From: an uncultured virus (IMG/VR IMGVR_UViG_3300010885_058768)
Lineage: Duplodnaviria; Heunggongvirae; Uroviricota; Caudoviricetes
DNA: 64,000 nucleotides
Strand: one strand, 5' to 3'
Virus record (IMG/VR): IMGVR_UViG_3300010885_058768
Span: 1 to 64,000 of that record
In this document: piece by piece, positions 8,841-17,512 of the stretch
How positions within the stretch are numbered: the stretch's first letter is position 1
Layout: each line of letters starts with the position of its first letter
The notes under the pieces: model-generated
Told to the model about the DNA's origin: nothing
The model's database searches: none
What the model saw: only the letters and a program-made list of their open reading frames with translations
Position numbers and translations under genes: made by a program

Positions 8841-9419
8841 ATGAATGCGATTACAAAACAAAATCACAAGCTTCCAACGACTGTAGCTTTCGTCTTCAAA
8901 GAAATCGCCACAACGCGAGAGCTAAGAGACAACTACATCTCTGTTCTTAGAGAAAATGAATGGACTTTACAGTCGATTGCAGATTGCTGCGAACTCACTA
9001 GGGAGAGAGTCAGACAGCTTGCTTCTCGGAAATCAGACCCCGGAGTAGTCTCCGAACTCATTCGCCTTGGGGCTGTGATTCCGACTCCACCGGAGAAACC
9101 TAAACGGGAAGTTGCCTTCAAGCCGGAAATAAAACCGGAGACCCTAGAGAAATTGCTAGAACTTCAGCCGCTTGCGCAACAAGTTCGCTCAAATAGCACG
9201 AAGTTCCGGGAAGAAGCTGAAGTCTACACGGCTCTTTTGTTTGACGCGTATAAAAACCAGGGAGTTTCTCTGTATCGGCTTGCAAAACTTCTCGGAGTTA
9301 CTCATGGGGCGATAAGATTTAGGCTGGCGAGATACGGATACATAAAACCTCAAGGCGGAAGCAGCAAAGTTTACGCTCTCGTAAAATCAGAAAACAGGGT
9401 GAAAATCTCAAATGGCTAA
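8841..9419 (+). CDS. Double helix-turn-helix DNA-binding protein
   Basis: WTLQSIADCCELTRERVRQL and VSLYRLAKLLGVTHGAIRFRL; abuts terminase. Confidence 0.8.
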   Translation: MNAITKQNHKLPTTVAFVFKEIATTRELRDNYISVLRENEWTLQSIADCCELTRERVRQLASRKSDPGVVSELIRLGAVIPTPPEKPKREVAFKPEIKPETLEKLLELQPLAQQVRSNSTKFREEAEVYTALLFDAYKNQGVSLYRLAKLLGVTHGAIRFRLARYGYIKPQGGSSKVYALVKSENRVKISNG

Positions 9420-10809
9420 AAGCATTATGGAACAGTTAGCTCTTTTGCCGGAAGCGGAGAGATTAGAGATTCTTGCGGGCATGGACCCTGATACTTTGCT
9501 GTGGGATTGGTCGGTATGGGGAAGACCAGAACAGCAAGCGCCTCAGGGTGAGTGGTCTATTTGGATGTATCTAGCCGGAAGAGGCGCGGGAAAAACGAGA
9601 GCTGCAGCGGAGTGGATTCGTGAAGAAGCAAAGTACACTACAACTGGGCAGAGAAGATTCGCCCTCGTTGCGAGAACTGCAGCAGACGTTAGAGATGTCA
9701 TCGTTGAAGGTGAGTCGGGAATCATTTCCGTTACTCCGCCTTCCGAACGCCCTCTTTACGAGCCTTCGAAACGTCGACTCACTTGGCCAAATGGAAATAC
9801 GGCAACTTGCTTCACAGCTGACGAACCTGATTCACTCCGTGGACCTCAGTTTACTCACGCTTGGGGAGATGAGGTTGCGGCATGGAGGCAAACTCCGGAC
9901 GCTGCCGGGATGACTGCTTTCGACAACTTGCGCGTTGGAACTCGTTTGGGCTCAAATCCAAAAATCATGATAACCACTACACCAAAAAGAGTGCCCTTGC
10001 TCTATCAGCTTTTAGAAGAAGAGAGAAAGACGGGAAGAGTCGTCGTAACTCGTGGGTCGACTTTGGATAACTCAGGGAACTTATCAAGCTCTTACATCGA
10101 TGCTATCACAGGAGTTTACGCTGGTACGAGACTCGCGGCTCAAGAGCTTTACGGTGAAATGTTAGATAACGTTGAAGGCGCTCTGTGGACTGAAGAAATG
10201 ATCGATAAAGGAAGAGAAACTGTCTTTCCAATTGGATCTCCATTGAGAGTAATCGGTGTCGACCCTTCGGTTGCCGAGAACCCTAGAGACGAATGCGGTA
10301 TCGTTGTCGTTGCTTCAACTGCAGAAAGAGATTTATATAAACGACACGCTTGGGTTTTAGAAGACGCAACGATTCTCGGCTCGCCAGAAACTTGGGCGAA
10401 TAAAGTAGTCGCCATGGCTCGTAAATGGGGATGTCCAGTCGTTGCTGAAGTGAATCAGGGAGGCGCATTAGTTAGAAACGCAATTAACGCAATCGACCCT
10501 AACATCAAAGTTTTCGAAGTTCACTCAAAGTACGGGAAAGCTCTTCGCGCAGAACCGGTGACTCTTGCTTACGAACAGAACAGAGTTCATCACGTAAACT
10601 ACTTACCCGAACTTGAATCTCAAATGTATTCTTGGATTCCGGGAGAAGGAAAGTCTCCAGACCGAGTCGATGCTTTAGTTCACGCGCTTACTGCTCTGCT
10701 AATTAAACCACCGCAAGGTTTCGTCGGTGGAAAGATTACCGCAAAGTCAGTTGCTCACAGAAAGTTCGATACGGGAAGAGGCGGCGGAGGAATCTTCAAA
10801 GTTCGCTAA
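9412..10809 (+). CDS. terL: Terminase large subunit
   Basis: Walker A AGRGAGKT, LRGPQF..AWGDE, TTTP, nuclease IGVDP, SPDRVDA. Confidence 0.95.
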   Translation: MAKSIMEQLALLPEAERLEILAGMDPDTLLWDWSVWGRPEQQAPQGEWSIWMYLAGRGAGKTRAAAEWIREEAKYTTTGQRRFALVARTAADVRDVIVEGESGIISVTPPSERPLYEPSKRRLTWPNGNTATCFTADEPDSLRGPQFTHAWGDEVAAWRQTPDAAGMTAFDNLRVGTRLGSNPKIMITTTPKRVPLLYQLLEEERKTGRVVVTRGSTLDNSGNLSSSYIDAITGVYAGTRLAAQELYGEMLDNVEGALWTEEMIDKGRETVFPIGSPLRVIGVDPSVAENPRDECGIVVVASTAERDLYKRHAWVLEDATILGSPETWANKVVAMARKWGCPVVAEVNQGGALVRNAINAIDPNIKVFEVHSKYGKALRAEPVTLAYEQNRVHHVNYLPELESQMYSWIPGEGKSPDRVDALVHALTALLIKPPQGFVGGKITAKSVAHRKFDTGRGGGGIFKVR

Positions 10810-10826
10810 GAGAGATTAAAGAAATC

Positions 10827-10852
10827 GCCCTCTTTCGAGGGCTTTTTCTTTT
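10827..10852. terminator. Terminator between convergent genes
   Basis: GCCCTC-TTTC-GAGGGC then T tract. Confidence 0.8.
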
Positions 10853-10863
10853 TTCTCTTTCGC

Positions 10864-11118
10864 TTACTTATTCGCAGCGATTGCGCATGGGTAAACTTTT
10901 ACGTCTCGAGACCAAATCCACGGGTCGTCGTAACCATTCTCTTCGCTCATGTCTTCGTTGAAGTTTTTCTCTGCGGTCGCTAAGTCAACTTCTTCGTAGT
11001 AGACATCGCTGAACTTTCTAGCTTTTTGCAAGTCGCTGCAACCAACTCTGTGGCAAACATCTGTTCCGTCGATTTCTCTGATAACTGCTACTGCTTTTGT
11101 GTTTTCGTTTACGTTCAT
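10864..11118 (-). CDS. Cassette 1 hypothetical protein (MNVNEN...)
   Basis: Leader GACAAAAGGAAAACAAATG; own promoter. Confidence 0.8.
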   Translation of the reverse strand: MNVNENTKAVAVIREIDGTDVCHRVGCSDLQKARKFSDVYYEEVDLATAEKNFNEDMSEENGYDDPWIWSRDVKVYPCAIAANK

Positions 11119-11230
11119 TTGTTTTCCTTTTGTCATTTTGTTTTTGTTTCTAAGATTATTATACCATACTTTTAGCTAAAATACTGCACATTTGCAAAGA
11201 TTTTTCTATTATTTATCATTTTGTTATAAA
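11119..11230 (-). promoter_or_regulatory. Cassette 1 promoter/leader
   Basis: Minus strand ATCTTTGCAAATGTGCAG...TGGTATAAT. Confidence 0.85.
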
Positions 11231-11367
11231 GCTGTTTTGCGGTAGATTTGCGGTAGTTTCTCTTCGTTCTCTTCAAGCTTTCTCTCAGCTTTTTCTCTTT
11301 TAGAGAAGCTTCTCTTCAAGCTCTCTGCTTCTCTCAGATTTCTCTTTTTCCTTCCTTCAGCTTGAAC

Positions 11368-11440
<73 letters not shown>

Positions 11441-11458
11441 ATTTCTAAGTTTTCGACT

Positions 11459-11752
11459 TTAGATTTCGGAGACTTTCTTTGCGAAGATTTCATACTCTTC
11501 TTTTGAAGTCAAGAATCTCTTTACGCATTCGTTTCCAAGTCTCTTCACTTTAGCGTCTGCTTGCTCTTCTGCGAACGGAACTAAAGAATCTGTTTTCCAA
11601 TTCCAACTAACTAACCAACCAGAATCTTCTGTCATCGCCTTTGCGCAATGTTCGCACCAAGTTTCAAAGTTGTTTTTGTAGTTTCTCTTCATGTTCATTT
11701 CGTACTGAGTGTGAGCTCCGAATCCATAACACTTGATTTCGTTTACGGTCAT
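11459..11752 (-). CDS. Cassette 2 hypothetical protein (MTVNEI...), CxxC
   Basis: Leader ACGACAAAAGGA; CEHCAK..GNEC. Confidence 0.8.
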   Translation of the reverse strand: MTVNEIKCYGFGAHTQYEMNMKRNYKNNFETWCEHCAKAMTEDSGWLVSWNWKTDSLVPFAEEQADAKVKRLGNECVKRFLTSKEEYEIFAKKVSEI

Positions 11753-11868
11753 TTGCTTTTTCCTTTTGTCGTTTTGTTTTTTGTTTCTAAGATTATTATA
11801 ACAGGAACTTAGCAAAATAAACACACTTTAGCAAAGATTTTTAGACAAGTTATCATTTTGTTATAAAG
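11753..11868 (-). promoter_or_regulatory. Cassette 2 promoter/leader
   Basis: Minus strand ATCTTTGCTAAAGTGTG...CCTGTTATAAT. Confidence 0.85.
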
Positions 11869-12055
11869 TTGATTCCGGCTTGAACTACGGTGAAAGTTCG
11901 CACTTCGATGAGAAGTTTTCTACTTTTTCTGAAGTCTTTCGATTTCAAAAAGTTCTAAGTTTTCTGCGAAAGCAAAAAGCTTGAAGAGAGTAGAGTTGAG
12001 ATTTCTCTTTTCTTAGATTTCTGAAGTCTTCAGATTTTTCTTCGTTGAGAGAGTT

Positions 12056-12087
12056 AAAAAGAATCGACCGCATTTCTGTGATCGATT
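12056..12087 (-). terminator. Cassette 3 terminator
   Basis: Plus strand AAAAAG-AATCGACCGCA-TTTC-TGTGATCGATT. Confidence 0.75.
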
Positions 12088-12102
12088 TCTTCTCGCTTTC
12101 GC

Positions 12103-12375
12103 TTATTCCCAAATGCTCGAGAAGTCAGTTCTCTCTTTTTTGTTCGTCAAGACGATTTCTTGTCGAGTGATTGGATTTTTAGCAATGATTCCGTACTTGT
12201 ATTTTGCATCTTCTCCAAAGACTTTGACGTTTGTTTCGATAACTTTGTACTTTGTTGAGAAGTAGAAGACTGTGTCTCCAACTTTCTTTTCTCCAAGTGA
12301 GAACATTGCTCTTGCCAACTTGTTTAATTCTGGATTGCTGTTGTAAAGTACGTTGTCTTTGATTACTTCGTTCAT
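12103..12375 (-). CDS. Cassette 3 hypothetical protein (MNEVIK...)
   Basis: Leader ACGACAAAAGGA. Confidence 0.8.
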   Translation of the reverse strand: MNEVIKDNVLYNSNPELNKLARAMFSLGEKKVGDTVFYFSTKYKVIETNVKVFGEDAKYKYGIIAKNPITRQEIVLTNKKERTDFSSIWE

Positions 12376-12490
12376 TCGCTTTTCCTTTTGTCGTTTATTT
12401 ATTTTTGGTACATAATCATTATAACATGAACTTAGCAAAAATACTGCACATTTAGCAAAGATTTTCTACTTGTTATCATTTTGTTATAAT
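12376..12490 (-). promoter_or_regulatory. Cassette 3 promoter/leader
   Basis: Minus strand ATCTTTGCTAAATGTGCAG...TGTTATAAT. Confidence 0.85.
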
Positions 12491-12529
12491 CACTATTCCG
12501 GCTTGAACTACGGTGAAAGTTTGCGGTAA

Positions 12530-13350
12530 AAGCTCACACTCTCTGAAGTTTCTGAAGTTTCTGAAGTTTCTGAAGTCTTCAGATTTCGCTTTCACTTTTG
12601 AGCTCTCTGTCGAAAGCAAAGTTGCGATTTTGAGTTCTCTGTCGAAAGCTGAGATTTTGTTTAGAGCTCTCAATCGAAAGCTGAGATTCATTTTTCTCTC
12701 TCTGTCGATTTCTTAGTTTCGATTTAGATCTCTTTATCAAAAGTAGAGATTCGATTTCTGAAGTCTTTAGAGTTCTTTAGATTTCTTTCGATTTCTTAGA
12801 AGTTTCTAAAGTCTTCAGATTTTCGATTTTGTTTTTAGATTTCTCTTTCGATTTCTGAAGTCTTTAGATTCTTTAGATTCTTTAGAAGATTTTCTAAGTT
12901 TTCTAAAGTTTTCTGAAGTTTCTAAAGTTCTCTGAAGTTTTTCTTTCGCTACTAAAGTTCTCTGAAGTTTCTAAAGTTCTCTAAAGTCTTTCGATTTCTT
13001 AGAAGTTTCTAAAGTCTTTCGATTTCTCTTTCGATTTCTGAAGTCTTTCGATTTCTGCTTTTCTCTTTTGACTTCTCTTTTGATTTCTGAAGTTTTTAGA
13101 TTTCTTCAAAGTCTCTGAAGTCTTTAGATTCGTTTAGTTGATTGCGGTAAATGATTGCGGTGAATTCGAACTCTCTTCAAAGTTTCTGAAGTCTTTCGAT
13201 TTCTGAAGTCTTCAGATTTTTGATTTTAGTTTTTCGATTTCTGAAGTCTTCAGATTTCTTTCGCAACTTTAGATTTCTTTAGATTTCTTTCGCAACTTTA
13301 GATTTCTTTCGCAACTTTAGATTTCTGTTTTTCTTTTTCTCTTTCTCTTT
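12530..13350. repeat. Degenerate tandem and palindromic repeat tract
   Basis: Units TCTGAAGTT, TCTAAAGT, TTTAGATTT, TTTCGATTT; palindrome TCTGAAGTCTTCAGA; CTTTCGCAACTTTAGATTT x3. Confidence 0.9.
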
Positions 13351-13356
13351 AGAGTT

Positions 13357-13387
13357 AAGAAAGAAGCGACCGTTTTTCAACGATCGC
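13357..13387 (-). terminator. Cassette 4 terminator
   Basis: Plus strand AAGAAAGAA-GCGACCGTT-TTTC-AACGATCGC. Confidence 0.75.
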
Positions 13388-13411
13388 AACTTTTGTTGAG
13401 TGATTTCTTAC

Positions 13412-13657
13412 TTACACAACGTAAGCAAGAACGTATCCACCATTCAATTTCTCTTGAACTTTTTCTTGAGCGATTGAAAGTGCACTTTGGTTTGAGTAAG
13501 CGTTTACAACTTTGTTCTGTCTCTGTGATTTCTCTGCCATTCCCCAAGACATTGAAACTTTATTATCAACAACGATTACTTCATAGATTTTCTTCTTGCC
13601 ATTTAGTCCACGGTTTCCGTCACTGACCTTTAGTAGACACCATTTCTTTTCGTTCAT
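13412..13657 (-). CDS. Cassette 4 stand-alone WGR-like domain protein
   Basis: KKIYEV..V...WGM...Q.K....A...A......K...GY pattern. Confidence 0.65.
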   Translation of the reverse strand: MNEKKWCLLKVSDGNRGLNGKKKIYEVIVVDNKVSMSWGMAEKSQRQNKVVNAYSNQSALSIAQEKVQEKLNGGYVLAYVV

Positions 13658-13778
13658 TTTTTTCCTTTTGTCGTTTTGTCGTTTATTTATTTTTGGTACA
13701 TAATCATTATACACTATTTTTAGCAAAATAGCTGCACTTTAGCAAAGATTTTTGCTAAGTTATCACTTTGTTATAAAG
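13658..13778 (-). promoter_or_regulatory. Cassette 4 promoter/leader
   Basis: Minus strand ATCTTTGCTAAAGTGCAGC...GTGTATAAT; leader ACGACAAAAGGA. Confidence 0.85.
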
Positions 13779-13959
13779 AGTTATTTTGCGGTGATTTGCG
13801 GTGATTTCTTGATTTTTCTCGTATTTTTGAACAAATGTTCAGGTCGCTAAGATTCATTATAATCAACTGTCTTTTGTTCTTGACTTTGATTTCTCTTTGT
13901 CATTTTGTGGAGCAATTCTGGGCGACATGACAAAAGGGCACAAAAAGCTACAATGAGCG

Positions 13960-14400
13960 CAAAGTCTCTTCTTTTCTCAATTTCTCACTTTCTTCGCACT
14001 CTCTCACTCTCACTCACTTTCGTCGACTTTCTCTTCTTTTCTCTCGCTCTCGCTTTCTCTCACTCTCTCACTCTCACTTTCTCTCGCTATTTTTCTCTCG
14101 CTCTCGCTCTCGCTCTCTTCTTCTCTCACTTTGGCTCACACAAAAGCTCACGCAAAAGCGAAAGACTTTTCGACTTCTCGCTCTCTTCTTCTCTCACTCT
14201 AAGCGCTTTCATGAGCTTCTTTTTTCTTTAGAGAGTCTCGGCTGTGTGGAGTGAGCGCAGTTATAAAAATGTTATCATTAGAGTTGTGTGGAGTGAGAGA
14301 AGTCGTGTGATTGTGTGGTGTGGAGTGTAATGAGAAAGTTATAATTGGTCGGTTTGGTGATTCGGGTCTCTGTTTGGGTCGGTTTGGTGATTCGGTGGAG
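13960..14400. repeat. CT-rich then GT-rich low-complexity tract with short direct repeats
   Basis: CTCTCA/CTCTCG iterations; TGTGGAGTG x3; GGTCGGTTTGGTGATTCGG at 14347 and 14377. Confidence 0.85.
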
Positions 14401-14539
14401 ACGTTTTCAAGAAGCTCACACACTAACCGCAACCCTCTCTTTCACCAAAGACACCTAACCTTACTGTACTGCTTCCTCTCCTCTGTACACAACCTCTCCG
14501 CCGTAGTCAGTTGTACACTCGCATGATACAGTATCTCGC

Positions 14540-15040
14540 ATGGAAGATAAGGCGAGAGTCGCGGCGCGAGGTCAGGCGCTCCCTCCCTCGGAGGCGAGCC
14601 TGCTCGCCGGTCTGCAACCGCGAGCCGTAAGGCAGCGCTGCGCGGACCTCTATAAGGCTGGGTGGACGCTTGACGCGATAGGCAACGCGCTCGTTCCGCC
14701 GCGTGGTCGCTCCACCGTTCGGTCGTGGGTCGCAAAGAGCACCTCAACACTCAAGGAGACACTTCCTCCTCTTCCTCTACCAACTGCCCGTCCGGCTCAT
14801 AAAAGTGCACCCACGACCCATCCAGGTATCCCCGAGGCCACGGTCTCCCGAATACGAGAACTGGCTCCGCTTGCCCGGCATTACCGTTCTAGAACGGCGT
14901 CCACCTCAACGGCGGCCCGCGCGAACACTGAGCTAACCGCTCTCTGTCTTAGTTTACACGCCAGCGGCGTGACCACCGCTGAACTAGCCCGTGCCGCGGG
15001 AGTGACGTACCGTGCAATGGCACGCCGTCTTGGAAGATAA
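14540..15040 (+). CDS. Double-HTH protein, paralogue of 8841..9419
   Basis: GWTLDAIG..., LAPLAR.YRS, GVTTAELARAAGVTYRAMARRL. Confidence 0.75.
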   Translation: MEDKARVAARGQALPPSEASLLAGLQPRAVRQRCADLYKAGWTLDAIGNALVPPRGRSTVRSWVAKSTSTLKETLPPLPLPTARPAHKSAPTTHPGIPEATVSRIRELAPLARHYRSRTASTSTAARANTELTALCLSLHASGVTTAELARAAGVTYRAMARRLGR

Positions 15041-15055
15041 AGGAGAAAATAAAGG

Positions 15056-15433
15056 GTGAGAATTCTACAGGACACCTTTCCAGCGCTGGTCTCAGTTGCT
15101 GGAAGTCCACCGCCCGCTGGGGAGACAATTCCTCCCGGCTCAAGAAAGTATCGCGCCAAGGTTGTTGACCGCGCGAGAGTTATCGTCACCGCGGACCGAG
15201 TTATCATTGCCGTTGACGGCACCAGCGACGAAGGTCCGCTTATCGTCTTTAGTCAGCCGTACTCTGCCGGGAACTTTGTCAAGGCAGGCAACGCGGATAA
15301 CGCGTCAACGGTTATCACCGACAACGGAGCGTACGTCTCCTTCTCGCGAGGACAGGACTGCGCCTGCGGCTCACGTCTTCGCGGCTGGAACCCGTTTAGA
15401 GCCATAAGCTCAAGCAGAGACCCACAGGTGTAG
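15056..15433 (+). CDS. Hypothetical phage protein
   Basis: ORF with RBS; CACGSRLRGWNP. Confidence 0.75.
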   Translation: MRILQDTFPALVSVAGSPPPAGETIPPGSRKYRAKVVDRARVIVTADRVIIAVDGTSDEGPLIVFSQPYSAGNFVKAGNADNASTVITDNGAYVSFSRGQDCACGSRLRGWNPFRAISSSRDPQV

Positions 15434-15434
15434 A

Positions 15435-15725
15435 GTGCAGGACCTAGTAGAACTAATAGTCTTAGCCCTCGCTGTTTTTCGCGTGACCCGGCTCGTCACC
15501 ACGGACTATATAACTGAGCCAATTCGAAACTTTATCTGGAAACGCTTCCCGCCGGAGTCCACGAAAACAGGTTATCTATTCACCTGCGACTGGTGCACGT
15601 CAATCTGGGTTTCGTCACTGTTTGCGATTCCTTATACGATAGTTCCAACGGAGACCGTGGCGGTTTCGCTCATACCAGCGTTGTCTGCAGTCGCCTCCAT
15701 AATAGCCGCGCGAGTTGATAGATGA
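15435..15725 (+). CDS. DUF1360-like membrane protein
   Basis: LAVFRVTRLVTTDYITEPIR...LFTCDWCTSIW. Confidence 0.8.
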   Translation: MQDLVELIVLALAVFRVTRLVTTDYITEPIRNFIWKRFPPESTKTGYLFTCDWCTSIWVSSLFAIPYTIVPTETVAVSLIPALSAVASIIAARVDR

Positions 15726-15764
15726 TGTCGACCGTTCCGCAATCTAAAGACGAGGAGTTAACCA

Positions 15765-17498
15765 TTGGGTGTATTTAGCCGAGAGCCACAGCCGCTTCGT
15801 GCAAGTGGCGCGACAGGCCGCATAGCTCCTCCGTCTATCCTGTCTACCACCTTTGGCAATGGATACCAAAGTCTTCCGTACTCAGCTCCTCGAGGTCTAA
15901 CTGCCGCTGCCGCGCAGATAAGACTAAACGATAAGGGAGAGGCCGAGCAGTTCAAGGCTCGTCGCGCAACCGCGGTATCCGCCTGGCAAAACGAGGCGTG
16001 GGAATACTACGACGCAATCGGTGAAATCAAGTACGCCTTTAATCTAGTTTCCTCCGTCGTAAGCCGCATTCGTCTATACGTGGCCGTTGTCGAAAACCCG
16101 GCCCAGACTCCAGTTGCAGTTAGAAGTGCCGCCAGCGTTGACGGTCGACTAGCCGGAGCCGCCGAGCGCGCGCTTGACCGTCTGAACTCAGCGTATGGAG
16201 GACAGGCAGGTCTTCTCAGAGACGCGGCACTAAACCTGTCCGTCACTGGAGAGTGCTATCTTGTTCAAATTCCAGAGCGCCTAGGTTCCGGTATCCCTGA
16301 GAGCTGGGACATCCGCTCAACCGACGAGCTCCTAATCGACTCAAGAGGAAACTACGCGATCGCGCCAAGACGCGACCTCACCGTAGCTACCGGAGGCGGA
16401 GATAAGAAGGGGATTATCCAGCTGCCGACCAACGCATTTGTTGGCAGAATCTGGCGTGCACATCCGCGCTACTCAGAGGAGGCCGACAGTTCTCTACGCG
16501 GTCTGCTAGACATGTGTGCCGAACTACTACTTCTAAACCGCACCTTCCGTGCAACGGCGCGTTCCCGTCTGAACGCTGGTGCGCTCTATCTCCCAGACGG
16601 CCTAAGCGTCGCGGCTGGACCAGACCCTAACTATCCTTACGATGACCCGGACGGTCTGACCGACGCTCCGACTCCTGAGGAGATGCAGGACGAGTTCGAG
16701 GACCAACTTGTTGACGCGATGACCACTCCTATTAGAGATGAAGATTCTGCCTCAGCGGTTGTTCCACTTATTATTCGTGGTCCTGCGGAACTTGGCGACA
16801 AGATTAAGCAGTTTAAATTTGAACGCTCATTTGACCCGGCGTTGGCAGAGCGCTCAGACCGCGTTCTTGAGAGAATCCTTCAGGGACTAGACGTTCCAAA
16901 GGACGTGGTCACTGGACTTGCCAACGTAAAGTATTCAAACGCGCTGCAGATTGATGAGGCACTTTACAAGGCACACATCGAACCGATGATGCTGCTTATC
17001 GCGGATGCCATTACCGTTGTCTATCTTCGTCCTTATCTTATTGCAAATGGATTTGACGCGGTTGACGTCAATAGACTGGTTATCTGGTATGACCCGTCTC
17101 TAGTCGCAACCCGCAACGACCGCGCGATGGACGCGGACGCAGGATTCGACCGCATGGCAGTTTCATTCGAAACATGGAGACGCGCGCACGGATTCTCAGA
17201 CGCAGACGCTCCAAGTCCAACTGAGCTTGGTCTACGTCTACTTGTCGAGAAGGGCGCGATTACTCCTGAGCTAAGCGAGGCCCTGCTGAACGCGGTCGCA
17301 CCTGACATCATGAAGGCTGCCCGTGATGCCTCACAGGCAACGAGCGTTGCGCCAATTCCAGACATGGTAAACCAGATGCTTAGCGGACAGGCTCCAGCAG
17401 CACCAGCAGCTCCAGCAGCAGAGCCAATCGCGCCAGCAGACGCAGCGCCGCCTCCACCCGAGGAAGCTCCACCAGGATTAGCAGAACCAATAGTATAG
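15765..17498 (+). CDS. Portal protein
   Basis: Size and position; WQNEAWEYYDAIGE, NLSVTGECYL, RIWRAHP pattern of actinophage portals. Confidence 0.8.
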   Translation: MGVFSREPQPLRASGATGRIAPPSILSTTFGNGYQSLPYSAPRGLTAAAAQIRLNDKGEAEQFKARRATAVSAWQNEAWEYYDAIGEIKYAFNLVSSVVSRIRLYVAVVENPAQTPVAVRSAASVDGRLAGAAERALDRLNSAYGGQAGLLRDAALNLSVTGECYLVQIPERLGSGIPESWDIRSTDELLIDSRGNYAIAPRRDLTVATGGGDKKGIIQLPTNAFVGRIWRAHPRYSEEADSSLRGLLDMCAELLLLNRTFRATARSRLNAGALYLPDGLSVAAGPDPNYPYDDPDGLTDAPTPEEMQDEFEDQLVDAMTTPIRDEDSASAVVPLIIRGPAELGDKIKQFKFERSFDPALAERSDRVLERILQGLDVPKDVVTGLANVKYSNALQIDEALYKAHIEPMMLLIADAITVVYLRPYLIANGFDAVDVNRLVIWYDPSLVATRNDRAMDADAGFDRMAVSFETWRRAHGFSDADAPSPTELGLRLLVEKGAITPELSEALLNAVAPDIMKAARDASQATSVAPIPDMVNQMLSGQAPAAPAAPAAEPIAPADAAPPPPEEAPPGLAEPIV

Positions 17499-17512
17499 GA
17501 AAAGGAACATAA

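Noticed and set aside
12530..13350. CRISPR array
   Set aside because: No constant repeat with unique, equal-length spacers; no cas genes.
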